Shown here one piece after another: positions 26,953 through 37,350 of a stretch of 64,000 nt of DNA. The number at the start of each line of letters is the position of its first letter. Positions within the stretch are counted from its first letter, which is position 1. Location: contig JBBRAA010000016.1 of NCBI GenBank assembly GCA_038207205.1, positions 3,578 to 67,577 of the forward strand. The letters are read 5' to 3'. The notes under the pieces were generated by a model that made no database searches, was not told the origin of the DNA, and saw only the letters and a program-made list of their open reading frames with translations. A program made the position numbers and the translations under genes. The stretch is from Aggregatilineales bacterium. Its GTDB lineage: Bacteria > Chloroflexota > Anaerolineae > Aggregatilineales > Phototrophicaceae.

Positions 26953-28392
26953 TTACATCCCGCTCATACTTACAACCTTGCCGACTGTACGCAATAATAT
27001 ATTTAAGTCAAGCAAAATCGATTGATGCCGTATGTAATACAGATCATATTGTAGTTTGATCAGCGCATCTTCGTCGTTCGACCCGTAATCGTACCGTACC
27101 TGCGCCCACCCCGTCAGACCAGGGCGTACGATCAAACGCGTGCGGTAAAACGGAATTTTCTCGGTCAGCCGTGTCACATGTTCCGGGCGTTCCGGTCGCG
27201 GACCAACCAGGCTCATATCGCCACGCAGCACATTGATCAACTGCGGCAGCTCATCCATGCGCGTCTTGCGGATGAATCGACCGACGCTCGTCACACGTGG
27301 ATCACCACGTTCGGAAAAAACCGCGCCCGTCACCGCTTCGGCGTTTTGCACCATCGACCGATATTTCCAGATGCGAAATACGCGCCCGTTGCGCCCGACT
27401 CGTTCTTGCGAGTAAAAAATGCCGCCGTGTGAGTCGAGACGAATCGCCAGCGCGACCAACGGCGCGGTCATGAAAAAGAGCATCAACCCAAACAACGATA
27501 GCACAATATCGATCCCCCGTTTGAGCGGCGGAAACGGATCAAAGATCGCGTCGCTGTTTTTGACAGGTAAGAATACGACCGTCCATTCGTCCTTGACGTG
27601 TTCGACTGGAACGCGTTCGGTGATGCGCTCGTATAAAATAGGCATCGGTGTGATGGCGATCCCCAGTTCATACGCATCCATAACTGCCTGAAAGACTTCG
27701 CCTCCAAGTCCGTTTGTGCTCGTCACAATCAGTTCGCGGATGTCATCGCGGCGCACAAAGTTTGCGAGATCCGCCGCCGTGCCTAGCACGGGGATACCTT
27801 CGATTTGCTGACCAACATCGCCCAGCCCGCCGATTACCCCGCGCAAATCGTATTCCGACGCAGCATGTTCCGCAATCGCGCGAATGATCAAACGGCTGCC
27901 TGCTTCAGTACCGATGATCAACGCGCGGCGTTTTTCACTCATCCAGCCCACTAGTGCCGGACGCGCGAACCGCCACACCCCAATGAAAATGAAGGCGATA
28001 ATCCCAAAATAAAGGATGAACAAACGTGGCAGCGCGCCGACCGGTGATAAGAAAAATACCAGCACGTAGACGATCATCATCTGTACGGTGACGATGACGA
28101 TGCGCTGAAAGGTTTTCCAACGCTGTGCCGCGACCCGCAGGTCGTACAGGTCATAGGCGCTGGCAAGAAACACCCACAGCGCGGGCAGCAGCACCAACCA
28201 GTAACTTTGACCTAACAAGAAGCTGGCACCAAACACGTATTGACCACTGATATCGACCAGCGTCCAAAACCACAGCGCCAATAGAGCCGCAAGCACGATG
28301 GCGCAGACATCTCCAATCGCCAAGAGCAGTTTGCGCTCGCTGATTTGCAATTGAGCGCGACCGCCGCGCTTTGGCGTCATGCCCATCGTCAT
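26953..28392 (-). CDS. Priming polyprenyl-phosphate hexose-1-phosphate transferase (WcaJ/WbaP-like)
   Basis: Five N-terminal TM, Rossmann-like ALIIGT; C-terminal [73 protein letters not shown]. Confidence 0.93.
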   Translation of the reverse strand: MTMGMTPKRGGRAQLQISERKLLLAIGDVCAIVLAALLALWFWTLVDISGQYVFGASFLLGQSYWLVLLPALWVFLASAYDLYDLRVAAQRWKTFQRIVIVTVQMMIVYVLVFFLSPVGALPRLFILYFGIIAFIFIGVWRFARPALVGWMSEKRRALIIGTEAGSRLIIRAIAEHAASEYDLRGVIGGLGDVGQQIEGIPVLGTAADLANFVRRDDIRELIVTSTNGLGGEVFQAVMDAYELGIAITPMPILYERITERVPVEHVKDEWTVVFLPVKNSDAIFDPFPPLKRGIDIVLSLFGLMLFFMTAPLVALAIRLDSHGGIFYSQERVGRNGRVFRIWKYRSMVQNAEAVTGAVFSERGDPRVTSVGRFIRKTRMDELPQLINVLRGDMSLVGPRPERPEHVTRLTEKIPFYRTRLIVRPGLTGWAQVRYDYGSNDEDALIKLQYDLYYIRHQSILLDLNILLRTVGKVVSMSGM

Positions 28393-30710
28393 CAGTCTCG
28401 CACGCGCAGCAGCGCGATCGTCAAAATGCCCGATAAAGTGCTAAGCGCTAATGCAGACAACAGCCAACCCGGTGTATACGCAAATTCGACTGTATGCACG
28501 CCGTCATCGATTTGAATCGCGCGAAACATGCCGTTGGCGCGATATATCGGCGCTTCGATACCATCGACATACGCCCGCCAACCGGGATAATCGGTATCTG
28601 ACAGCACCAACCACGACAACCGATCCGCATTGACGCGCACCATGACGCGCGTGCTGATATCGTCACGCCGGATCGACGCGCTGCCACCCGACACTTCACG
28701 CGGGGGCGCGCACTCGCCATCGCCCAACAGATGAAGCTGTGTATGCGCGTCCCATGTCGGCGCGCTGATCGCCGCGTCAAGCGACGCTTGCGTCTCGTGC
28801 CAGCATACTGCATCATCCCCGACCACGTAGGCGCGGCTTATAAAGCGATCTGTCGTTTGCATCCCGTCCAGCGTATAGACCGTATCGACGTTCGCCGCCG
28901 CCAACAACGCGCGGTTATCTTCGACTTGATTGGTCAAACGCATATAATTTGCGTAATGCCCAACCAACAGCGGATCAAAATTGTTCAGTGACGCCACATC
29001 ATCGAGCAAATTAATGTTGGCAAGCTGACTGTGGCGCAGTCGAGCCAGACGTTCTTCCAGTGTCAACGACTCATCGCGCGTGACAAAATAATAATCATTG
29101 AACAGCAATAGATCGTTGTAGCGCGTCGCTTGGTCGTCATCGGCGCGCCAATAAGTGCGTCCGTCGGCGGTTTCCGGTCGGCTTGGACGGTACAAATCGT
29201 TCGTCATCGGGTTTAATCCCCAATTCGACCATGCCAGCTCGACGCATACTGTTACCAATACCACACCCGACCAACGCCAATGCGCGCCTGTCTCCCGTTC
29301 TGGCTGGCGCAATGTCAGCCATGCAGCAACCGCACCGATGATCGCAGGCGCGAGAATACCACGCGCCAAAATCGCGGTGTCGGCGCGCGCGTCACGCCCA
29401 ATTAACAGGATAAACATCAAGACAGCCGCGCCCAATCCTGCAACTAATCCGTAACGGGCGATACGTCGCGTCAGCGTATCACGTCCCCACGCGCTCACGC
29501 CGATGCCCGCCAGAATGCTTAAGCCGAATACCGTCCATAAATGCCAGCGCACAGGTGCTTGAAACAGATCGAACGTCGGGACGCTGTCGTATAAAAACGG
29601 GAAAATCGGCGAATACTGACCCAGTGCCAGCACAAAACCGATGACCACAATAATCACCGCAAATGGAACATGGTTGCTGGCAGCGATGAATGCATCGCGC
29701 TTACGCCGCCGCACAAACGCGATCACGGCAGCAATCGCGCTGATTAACGGGATCAAGCCGATATACACGGCGTCTTCAAAGTACGCACCAACCGTAAAAT
29801 ACGTGCCATCGACGGGCGTGCCAAAGAATTGTGGACTGATAAAATTAATCGAGCGCACAGGTGCGTAACTAAAGTTGACTGCGAAACTGTATTCCGCGCC
29901 GTCGCTGCGCTGTGATTGACCGAGCAATTCCGCCGTTGCCGAAAGTTGCAGCGACGCCACACCCGCGCCGAGCAATATCCCCACAATCACGCCGCCCAGC
30001 CGTGATAATTCCTTGAGTTCTCTGCGTGTGTTTGTGTCTTCGTGTCTTTGTGTTCTGCTTTTCGCAGTTAAATTTCTTATCCCTAACCACACCGCAAACA
30101 CACCGACCATCAACAAGCTGTACCATGCGGTTTGCGCGTGACCCGCCAACAGCAGCAGCGCCGTAAAACATGCCAGCGAGCCGATTTTGCGCGTCATACC
30201 CGTCGTCATCACGTCATACGTGATGACTAACAGCCACGGCAGCCATGCCGCAGCCATAATCATCGGGTACGTTCCCAGTCGCGCAACGAGATAGCCGCCC
30301 AATGCGAACGAGATCGCACTCATGCCGCGCCCAAAATCGCTCAAACCAAGCCGCCCGGTCAGCCGATACATGCCCCAACCAGCGATGAACAAATGCAGCA
30401 CCGCGACGATGCTCATGATCGACGCCATCAAGCCGACATAACCTGTCGTCGTCGGGTCAGCAGGCGCGATCAAACTTAACCAGTTGAACGGGTATAAAAG
30501 CCCCGATTGGTAATTGGCAAACAACGGCGCGCCCGCCCCATTAAGCGCGTTCCACAACGGCAAAATGCCATCGCCTAACTGCTCAGCCGCATACATACGC
30601 CACGGCACAAATTGTAGTGTCGGCAGTCCCCACCAGAAACTCGTCAGATTTGCCAATGGGTAAAAGAGGGTCGCCAACGCCAGCACAAGCAATATCAACG
30701 GACGCTTCAT
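28392..30710 (-). CDS. YfhO-family membrane protein (GT-C-fold)
   Basis: LPLWNALNGAGAPLFANYQSGLLYP, HLFIAGWGMY, LAGHAQ; C-terminal LVLSDTDYPGWRAYVDG..YRANGMFRAI..GVHTVEFAY. Confidence 0.85.
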   Translation of the reverse strand: MKRPLILLVLALATLFYPLANLTSFWWGLPTLQFVPWRMYAAEQLGDGILPLWNALNGAGAPLFANYQSGLLYPFNWLSLIAPADPTTTGYVGLMASIMSIVAVLHLFIAGWGMYRLTGRLGLSDFGRGMSAISFALGGYLVARLGTYPMIMAAAWLPWLLVITYDVMTTGMTRKIGSLACFTALLLLAGHAQTAWYSLLMVGVFAVWLGIRNLTAKSRTQRHEDTNTRRELKELSRLGGVIVGILLGAGVASLQLSATAELLGQSQRSDGAEYSFAVNFSYAPVRSINFISPQFFGTPVDGTYFTVGAYFEDAVYIGLIPLISAIAAVIAFVRRRKRDAFIAASNHVPFAVIIVVIGFVLALGQYSPIFPFLYDSVPTFDLFQAPVRWHLWTVFGLSILAGIGVSAWGRDTLTRRIARYGLVAGLGAAVLMFILLIGRDARADTAILARGILAPAIIGAVAAWLTLRQPERETGAHWRWSGVVLVTVCVELAWSNWGLNPMTNDLYRPSRPETADGRTYWRADDDQATRYNDLLLFNDYYFVTRDESLTLEERLARLRHSQLANINLLDDVASLNNFDPLLVGHYANYMRLTNQVEDNRALLAAANVDTVYTLDGMQTTDRFISRAYVVGDDAVCWHETQASLDAAISAPTWDAHTQLHLLGDGECAPPREVSGGSASIRRDDISTRVMVRVNADRLSWLVLSDTDYPGWRAYVDGIEAPIYRANGMFRAIQIDDGVHTVEFAYTPGWLLSALALSTLSGILTIALLRVRD
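30021..30065. repeat. Family 1 REP-like repeat read in frame in YfhO
   Basis: TCTGCGTGTGTTTGTGTCTTCGTGTCTTTGTGTTCTGCTTTTCGC, encoding AKSRTQRHEDTNTRR. Confidence 0.65.
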
Positions 30711-30788
30711 CGGACACGGCTCACCTTGTGACTTTATTACATATGACGATCCAGTAAAATTCTTGTGCGGAAGTTTTGGGAAGTATTT

Positions 30789-32807
30789 TTACTTCCGCTT
30801 TCGCATCAACAGCGACAATACCCCAACCGCCCCGCATAGCGCAAACGCGCCTAACCCGAATACCTGCAAATTCACGGTATGTTCATTCAGTTCGCGCACG
30901 CGTGCTGAATCGGGCAGATTGATATCAACCCAATCTGGCACCCGCTCAGTCGCTGCTGATCGACGGTCGATTTCCCCGACCGTATAAATATTGACCCCAC
31001 TTACAGTACCGCTCAACATCAAGTCATCCTGATCGATGGCATACGGCGCAATCACATGACTGACACCCCATGTCGCCAACGCTGAAACATCGAGACGCGC
31101 GCCTTGATTAGCGGTTGCCAAGTCTTCGTCGGTGATGTCGCTGATCGGCGGCACAACCACGCTATAACCTGTATCGTTAACCCCGCCCGCCGCGTTGATC
31201 GCATCCGTCACCGCCGCGACCTGAAACGGATCGACGCCGCCGAACAAGCGTAAGCCGTAAAGTTCCGCGACCGACTGCGGCAAGCTGTATGCGGGCGCAT
31301 AAATTCGACCCGGTTCAAGCGCGATCAGCCGTTCGGCAAGCGGCACATAGGGGTCAAACCAGTCATCCGCACCGCGCCATTCCACCCACCCGCGCCCGAT
31401 GATCACCGCATCTATAACAATGATCACGACCAAAATCATTGCCCCTGCTCTCCATACAGAGGGATTGGGGGGTGAGGTTTGGCTTGTCCACAATAACACG
31501 ACGCCGATTCCCGCCGCGCCGACAATCAAACTCCACCCCGCCGCAGCGGGTACAGGCAGTGCAATCAGCGTAAATACACCAGCGATACTCGCCGCCGCGA
31601 TCAAAATCACCAGTGCGACTCTATAGGGATGACGTATACGCCGCCCGTTTTCCCCTACACTCCATTCGACGCCATAACCTGCTAGGAGCGCGACCACCAG
31701 CGCAACGATGATCCACGCCCGCGACGGCACACGAAACCACAACAGCGCCGGGATCGCGTCTGTAAGTGTCGTCCATAATATGCCGTTCGCGCCCAACGCA
31801 TACCAGCCAGCGACGCCGATCACCACGACCCAAAACCAACGCTTGCGCGGCGCACTTAGTACACCGATGAACGCCAAAATCAAGCCTGGCAAGCCGAGCA
31901 TGGTCACGGTTTCGGGGTTACTTTGCTGGGCGGGCAGCAATACGCCCAGTAAATGTCCAGCATCGAGCGAGAAAATTCCGGCGTCCGCTTGTGTCAGCGC
32001 AGCACGCGATAAATACCCGCTCCACTCGATCAATGGCACGGTCACGCCAATCGTTAACACAACCGTGAGAACCGCTGCTCCGATCAACATCCCGATCCGT
32101 CTTTGAGACGACTGTGCAGGCGCGAGTCTTAACCCGCCCACCATCAACCACAGCGCATACGCGACCGCCACCATCAGCCCGTATAACGCGATTCGTACAT
32201 CGCTGATCACCAAAAGTGCCGCCGCCAGACCCAACCCGATAACATGAAGTGCTGGAGGGGTTTGGCGTGCCAAACTCGCCGGTGCCGGGGTGAACATTAC
32301 ACATATTCCCCCCATGACCCATGGCAGCCATGCCAGCGCGTAGACAATATCGAGATGTCCCGCACCCAAATGCACCATCACGCGCGGGCTGAGCATCCAC
32401 GCCACCGCGCTGACTAACGCTGCTTCTCGTCGTAAGCCAAGTGCGTGCGCCCAACGCCACATGCCGAACCCCGCAACCGCCAAATGCAAAACGATCATGA
32501 CGTTGATGAAGATCGGCGGCGGCACGACCAATACTAACCATTGAAGCGGATACGCGGTCTTATTGAGCGGATTAGCAGCAAATGGCTGTCCTGCCATGAT
32601 CGTGTCGCGCCAGACCGGAAACGACTCGGAGACGATGAAGTTTTCGCGCAAAAACTGGGCGGCAGGCAAATGAGACGTAACCGCATCGCTGAACCGCGCA
32701 TCGGGGATGAATGGCAGCGCGTCCGGTCGAAACCCGACCGTCACCAAGAATACGATGAGCGCAAGCAGTACGAACAGCGCTGACCGTGTATCGATTTTAG
32801 GGGACAT
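30789..32807 (-). CDS. YfhO-like membrane protein (GT-C-fold), second paralog
   Basis: Start reassigned to ATG 32807; FSDAVTSHLP, FPVWRDTIMAGQPFAANPLNKTAYP, HLAVAGFGMW, FRVPSRAW, FGGVDP. Confidence 0.75.
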   Translation of the reverse strand: MSPKIDTRSALFVLLALIVFLVTVGFRPDALPFIPDARFSDAVTSHLPAAQFLRENFIVSESFPVWRDTIMAGQPFAANPLNKTAYPLQWLVLVVPPPIFINVMIVLHLAVAGFGMWRWAHALGLRREAALVSAVAWMLSPRVMVHLGAGHLDIVYALAWLPWVMGGICVMFTPAPASLARQTPPALHVIGLGLAAALLVISDVRIALYGLMVAVAYALWLMVGGLRLAPAQSSQRRIGMLIGAAVLTVVLTIGVTVPLIEWSGYLSRAALTQADAGIFSLDAGHLLGVLLPAQQSNPETVTMLGLPGLILAFIGVLSAPRKRWFWVVVIGVAGWYALGANGILWTTLTDAIPALLWFRVPSRAWIIVALVVALLAGYGVEWSVGENGRRIRHPYRVALVILIAAASIAGVFTLIALPVPAAAGWSLIVGAAGIGVVLLWTSQTSPPNPSVWRAGAMILVVIIVIDAVIIGRGWVEWRGADDWFDPYVPLAERLIALEPGRIYAPAYSLPQSVAELYGLRLFGGVDPFQVAAVTDAINAAGGVNDTGYSVVVPPISDITDEDLATANQGARLDVSALATWGVSHVIAPYAIDQDDLMLSGTVSGVNIYTVGEIDRRSAATERVPDWVDINLPDSARVRELNEHTVNLQVFGLGAFALCGAVGVLSLLMRKRK
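31442..31477. repeat. REP-like element (family 2) read in frame
   Basis: CCCCTGCTCTCCATACAGAGGGATTGGGGGGTGAGG, encoding TSPPNPSVWRAG. Confidence 0.55.
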
Positions 32808-34458
32808 AAACTTGCACGTCGTCGAAACCCATGACAAAGCGCAGTGTATCAAAGCATACGGTTTGACCGAGCATCGTTTCGCGCGGTCCACGCAGGATGT
32901 AGCGCACATTGTATTGTGCAATCAGTGCACCACATTGGCTGGCGTCAGTGGTGGTGTACCATTCAATCACCTGTTGTTGTTTTACATCGGCGTCCAGCGT
33001 CTCATACTGATGCCCGTAAACGACACGTGCACCCGCCCAGCCAGGTATCCAAATACTGCTATCAGGCGACGCTAAAATCACATCATCGCCGTCCGTGCGC
33101 GCGTCGATCCAGCGATACGCCGCTGCATAATCAGAGTCCAGGAAAATTACCGCGGCGGTTTCCGGGCTGCCCGTCATAGCGGGGATCGCAGGCAAAAACA
33201 GCATCAGCAGTGGAGTCACGGCGATCAACGGGATGAATATCGCAAACAGTCGCCGTGCGCGCCGTCGAATGCGTGCATACCAAAAATCCTGAATGGCGCG
33301 CGTGGCAAAATATGCCACAGGCAGCATAATGCCCACTGAGAACCGACGCTGCACGTTGGTGGGCAGATACATAACGACGAAAATACATACCAACCACAGC
33401 AGCATCAAACGATCGCCATCTTCTTCCATGCGCCGCACCGCGCGCCAGATAGCGGGCACCGCAATCAAAAGCGGCAAACCCAAACCGATTACCCATGTCC
33501 AGATGGGCGGTGCGGATGTGATATTTTGCTGATTCCATGTGCGCATGGCAGGGTTATCGACCACAATCAGCGCGTAATATACCGCCACCGGAATTACTGG
33601 CACGACTACCGCTAACAGCCAGCGCACGAGACGCAAATCGAGCGCGCGGCGCTTGGCATAGCCGATCAGCACATACAAAACAAGCGCGCCGCCCAGCGGC
33701 ACGAGCGTTTGTGGATACAGAATGGACAAGATCGAACTCAGAATGCTCGCCATCCACCAACCATTATCGAACGCTGAGTCGTCTTTCATTGATGGACGAA
33801 ACGCCGTGATCAACAGGCTGACAAGCAGGGCAAGACACGCAATCGCCAACGGAAAATGGACATTGGCGAAGGTACTGTACATTGGGAATGCTTCGGGGAT
33901 ACTGAGATCGGGTATTTCTGCCATGCCTAACAACGGTCCGAACAACCAGCCCAAGCCCCCGCCGACCGCCGCGATTACGAAAAATATGCGCCGCGCTTCG
34001 ATGCGCATCCAGATACTCGCCGCCAATTGATAAATCGCCGTGTACATCAGCAGCGATGCGATGACGCGTGCCGAGTGAAACATCACGAGGAGCGGCACAC
34101 CTGTCGCTTGCGATAGCTGACCCAGCAGCGGATAAATAAGCATGATGAATGCAGCTTCGTGCGTTTCTGGCGTGTGCTGAAACGTCACCGCCCAACCGCC
34201 ATCGGCACCAATGCGCATTTTGGAAAGATACGTCGCACCATCCTGATAATTGTGCAGCGTTCCCATAAATTGATAACCGGGCGTGCCGCGCAGCGCAACC
34301 CACACCAGTGGTATAAATGCGATCAGCACAAGCGCACAGCTTATAATGATGACCCAGCGCCATTCGTGCGCGGCAATAAAAGCGGTGTAGCGTGAACCCA
34401 TCGATTCTAGAGGGCGCGTGTTAGGCGGAATATTGGGCGCTTGAGTTTGCATTCTCAT
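32797..34458 (-). CDS. Polytopic membrane protein, GT-C-like
   Basis: HNYQDGATYLSKMRIG after TM1, IPEAFP, HFPLA, QRRF; C-terminal soluble domain ARVVYGHQYET..YNVRYI. Confidence 0.68.
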   Translation of the reverse strand: MRMQTQAPNIPPNTRPLESMGSRYTAFIAAHEWRWVIIISCALVLIAFIPLVWVALRGTPGYQFMGTLHNYQDGATYLSKMRIGADGGWAVTFQHTPETHEAAFIMLIYPLLGQLSQATGVPLLVMFHSARVIASLLMYTAIYQLAASIWMRIEARRIFFVIAAVGGGLGWLFGPLLGMAEIPDLSIPEAFPMYSTFANVHFPLAIACLALLVSLLITAFRPSMKDDSAFDNGWWMASILSSILSILYPQTLVPLGGALVLYVLIGYAKRRALDLRLVRWLLAVVVPVIPVAVYYALIVVDNPAMRTWNQQNITSAPPIWTWVIGLGLPLLIAVPAIWRAVRRMEEDGDRLMLLWLVCIFVVMYLPTNVQRRFSVGIMLPVAYFATRAIQDFWYARIRRRARRLFAIFIPLIAVTPLLMLFLPAIPAMTGSPETAAVIFLDSDYAAAYRWIDARTDGDDVILASPDSSIWIPGWAGARVVYGHQYETLDADVKQQQVIEWYTTTDASQCGALIAQYNVRYILRGPRETMLGQTVCFDTLRFVMGFDDVQVYVP

Positions 34459-34619
34459 GATTCCGTTCGTGTAAGTCTATTCTAAAGCGGATGTTATGAG
34501 ACTGTGCGTTGTGTTTGCGGATTGTGACATATGGGCGTAAAAATTGAAATGTTCTGCATGAAACTAGTGTTAAAATCAGAGGCATCTTTTGTTGCGGTTT
34601 CATTTCATAGAGGATGATC

Positions 34620-37343
34620 ATGGGCTTCGACCTCGAAAATTTTGGTGTCGGCGTTGCCGCAGGCTGGTTGAGTGCGTATGGCGTCTATCGTTCGCGTCAT
34701 TTAATCAGTTCCACCGTGCGGGCGGTGCAGCAAGGCGCACAGCAAGCGCAGACTTCCGCGACGCGCAGCGCAGACAGCCGCTTTGTCAATGACTTAATTG
34801 AAATGTGCGAGACCGATCATCTGGCAGCTTCCAATGTACGACTGAGCGATATTGCCGTCGAACCACGTTTCATCCCTGCGCCTGCGTTCGCCACGCCAGG
34901 TGAAGAAGATTTAAGTGCAGTGCTCAAAGTCGTCCCCGAAATTGTCGATCATCCGTACCTGCACGCGATGTATAACGTCGATACACTGACCATCAACGAC
35001 CTGGCGACGGGCGATCGGGCGATCGCCATTTTGGGTGCGCCGGGCACTGGGCGTACTACCGCGTTGATGGCGATGACGCTGCAAAGTTTAGGTAAAATCA
35101 CATTTCCGCCGCCGTTCGACAAAGTTCAGGCAAAGCTCGACCAGGAAGAAGCGGAAATGAGCGAGAAACAGCGTGCCGTGCGTGTCAAAGAACGCGTGTT
35201 GATGGAACAACGCGCGCGTGAACGATTGGCGACCGAAAAAGGTATGACATGGAACGCCGAAACCAATGAAGAACTCAAGAATAAGATACCTTTGTTTAAT
35301 CAATTGATGCCGATTTACGTGCATATGGGCAACCTGAACTTGAGCGCACTCAACGAATATGGCGCAGAGGTTGACCCCGCCGAACCGATCGTTCGTTCGG
35401 TACAGTATACAGTTGCGCGCGTGACCGCCAGCACCATCCCGCGTTATTTGTACGACCGCCTCAACAAAGGCTTGGTCTTACTGCTCATCGATGGCTATGA
35501 CGAATTGCCCACAAGCGAACAACCGTTGGCGCGTGCGTGGCTGAAAGCGCTGCTGGAACAATACAAAGATAATTTTATCATCGTGACGGGACCTCATGTC
35601 GGCTTTGCCGATTTAACCGGATTAGGGTTTACCCCTGTTTTCATGCGTCCGTGGTCAGAAATGGACGCGCACTGGTCATCGCATCGACTGGCGGAATCAT
35701 GGGGCTCGTTCGGTAAAAAACGCCGTTCCAAAACCGCAAAACCAGACGATGACGCGATCACCCGCGCTCGCGCCAATATAAGAGCCTACACGCCATTTGA
35801 AATCACACTTAAGACATGGACAAGCTTTGCCGACGACAGCGATCGTGCCGGCTTTGAAGGTTGGATTCAGGCGTACCTGGCGCGTCAGCTAAGCGCCAAT
35901 ACCGATCAACCGTTAGCGACGCTGCTCCCAAACCTGGTTCGCATCGCGGCGCTGCAAATCGACGAAGGCTATATCACCACGCAGCGCTTACAAGCGTTGG
36001 CGATTACAGGCGAGGCATTCGGAATCAAAGAATCGCAGGCGGTCGCGTCAGATAAACAGGAGCCACAAACCGTCGATGCGCTCCGACCAGAAGCCGATAT
36101 CAAGTCCAACGAGAAAAAAGAAGAAGACGCCGAAACGACCACCGCGCAAGGGCGTTTGCTCGGTTTTCTGCGCCGAAGCGGTTTGTTGATCCGTTATCGT
36201 GGTGACCGCTATCAGTTTAAGCACCCATCAATCGCCGCTTATCTGGCGGGGTTAAGCTTCAAAGAAATGGCGAAAGACAGTTTACGCGCCAGAGCCAATC
36301 AGCCAAATTGGATACCCGTATTCACTTACGCAGCGGCGCATACCAATCTCGATCTGGTCGTACGTGACCGTTTGACCGCCCCGCCTGACCTCCTGTATAC
36401 CAGCATTATGGAAGTGGCGCGCTGGATGGCGTTCGCACCTCAGGACGCGGCGTGGCGCGGCGCAATCTTGAAACTGCTCACCGATATGCTGTCCGCGCCA
36501 TCGCAGTATGGATTGATTCGCTCACGCGCCGCGGCGGCTTTGATCAGCACGCGCGATTTCAAAAATGCGGCGTATATTTTCCGGCGCGCAGCACGCAATC
36601 TCAGCCCAGAAATTCGTCGATTGGCAGCGCTCGGCATGGGCGCTACGGGCGAAGCCGAAACCGCCAACGATTTGATTCCGTTGTTGGATGATAAAGATAT
36701 GCAAACGCGCATCGCGGCGGGCTTGGCACTCGGTGCGATTGGCACTGACGAAGCGCTCGAGTCGATGGTGATCGCCTTCACCAGCAGCGATGAACCGGTG
36801 CGTCAGGCAATTGGCGAACAACTCGCTTTACTGCCTGAAGAAGGGCACGCGGTTTTGTTCGAAGCGATGAACGAGCAAGATATGGCGGTACGCCGCGCTG
36901 CTATTTTCGGGCTGCATCGCACGCGCACGGTATGGGGCTTGATCGCAATTTACCGCGCGTTCTTAGAAGACGAGCAGTGGTATGTCCGCAGCGCAGCACA
37001 ACAAGCTTTCGAGGAACTTCAGTTTGGGCGCGCTGAACCGCAGACACGTCGCTACCCTGCGCCTGATCAAATTACGTGGTTGAGCGAATGGGCTGCCGAA
37101 AAAGGCGAGCAGTTGCCCAGTGGTCAGGGCGCTGCCGATATGTTGATCCGTGCGCTGCAAGAAGGTGAACAACCCGTGCGTACACTGGCGGCGCGCAATA
37201 TCGGTCAGTTAAGCCACATGTTGTTGATCAAATCGTTGTATACGGCATTACGCGACAAAAATGAAATGGTACGCGCAGCGGCGCATCATGCGCTCGGTGA
37301 TGTCCAGATCGCACTCGGCAAACCGCTGCCCGCAGCGACTTAA
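34620..37343 (+). CDS. NACHT/STAND-like NTPase with C-terminal HEAT repeats
   Basis: AGAGGA RBS before ATG 34620; Walker A AILGAPGTGRTT, Walker B LLLIDGYDEL, YQFKHPSIAAYLAG; HEAT units EIRRLAALGMG, TRIAAGLALG, AVRRAAIFGL, YVRSAA, PVRTLAARNIG, MVRAAAHHALG. Confidence 0.78.
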   Translation: MGFDLENFGVGVAAGWLSAYGVYRSRHLISSTVRAVQQGAQQAQTSATRSADSRFVNDLIEMCETDHLAASNVRLSDIAVEPRFIPAPAFATPGEEDLSAVLKVVPEIVDHPYLHAMYNVDTLTINDLATGDRAIAILGAPGTGRTTALMAMTLQSLGKITFPPPFDKVQAKLDQEEAEMSEKQRAVRVKERVLMEQRARERLATEKGMTWNAETNEELKNKIPLFNQLMPIYVHMGNLNLSALNEYGAEVDPAEPIVRSVQYTVARVTASTIPRYLYDRLNKGLVLLLIDGYDELPTSEQPLARAWLKALLEQYKDNFIIVTGPHVGFADLTGLGFTPVFMRPWSEMDAHWSSHRLAESWGSFGKKRRSKTAKPDDDAITRARANIRAYTPFEITLKTWTSFADDSDRAGFEGWIQAYLARQLSANTDQPLATLLPNLVRIAALQIDEGYITTQRLQALAITGEAFGIKESQAVASDKQEPQTVDALRPEADIKSNEKKEEDAETTTAQGRLLGFLRRSGLLIRYRGDRYQFKHPSIAAYLAGLSFKEMAKDSLRARANQPNWIPVFTYAAAHTNLDLVVRDRLTAPPDLLYTSIMEVARWMAFAPQDAAWRGAILKLLTDMLSAPSQYGLIRSRAAAALISTRDFKNAAYIFRRAARNLSPEIRRLAALGMGATGEAETANDLIPLLDDKDMQTRIAAGLALGAIGTDEALESMVIAFTSSDEPVRQAIGEQLALLPEEGHAVLFEAMNEQDMAVRRAAIFGLHRTRTVWGLIAIYRAFLEDEQWYVRSAAQQAFEELQFGRAEPQTRRYPAPDQITWLSEWAAEKGEQLPSGQGAADMLIRALQEGEQPVRTLAARNIGQLSHMLLIKSLYTALRDKNEMVRAAAHHALGDVQIALGKPLPAAT

Positions 37344-37350
37344 AAACTTT

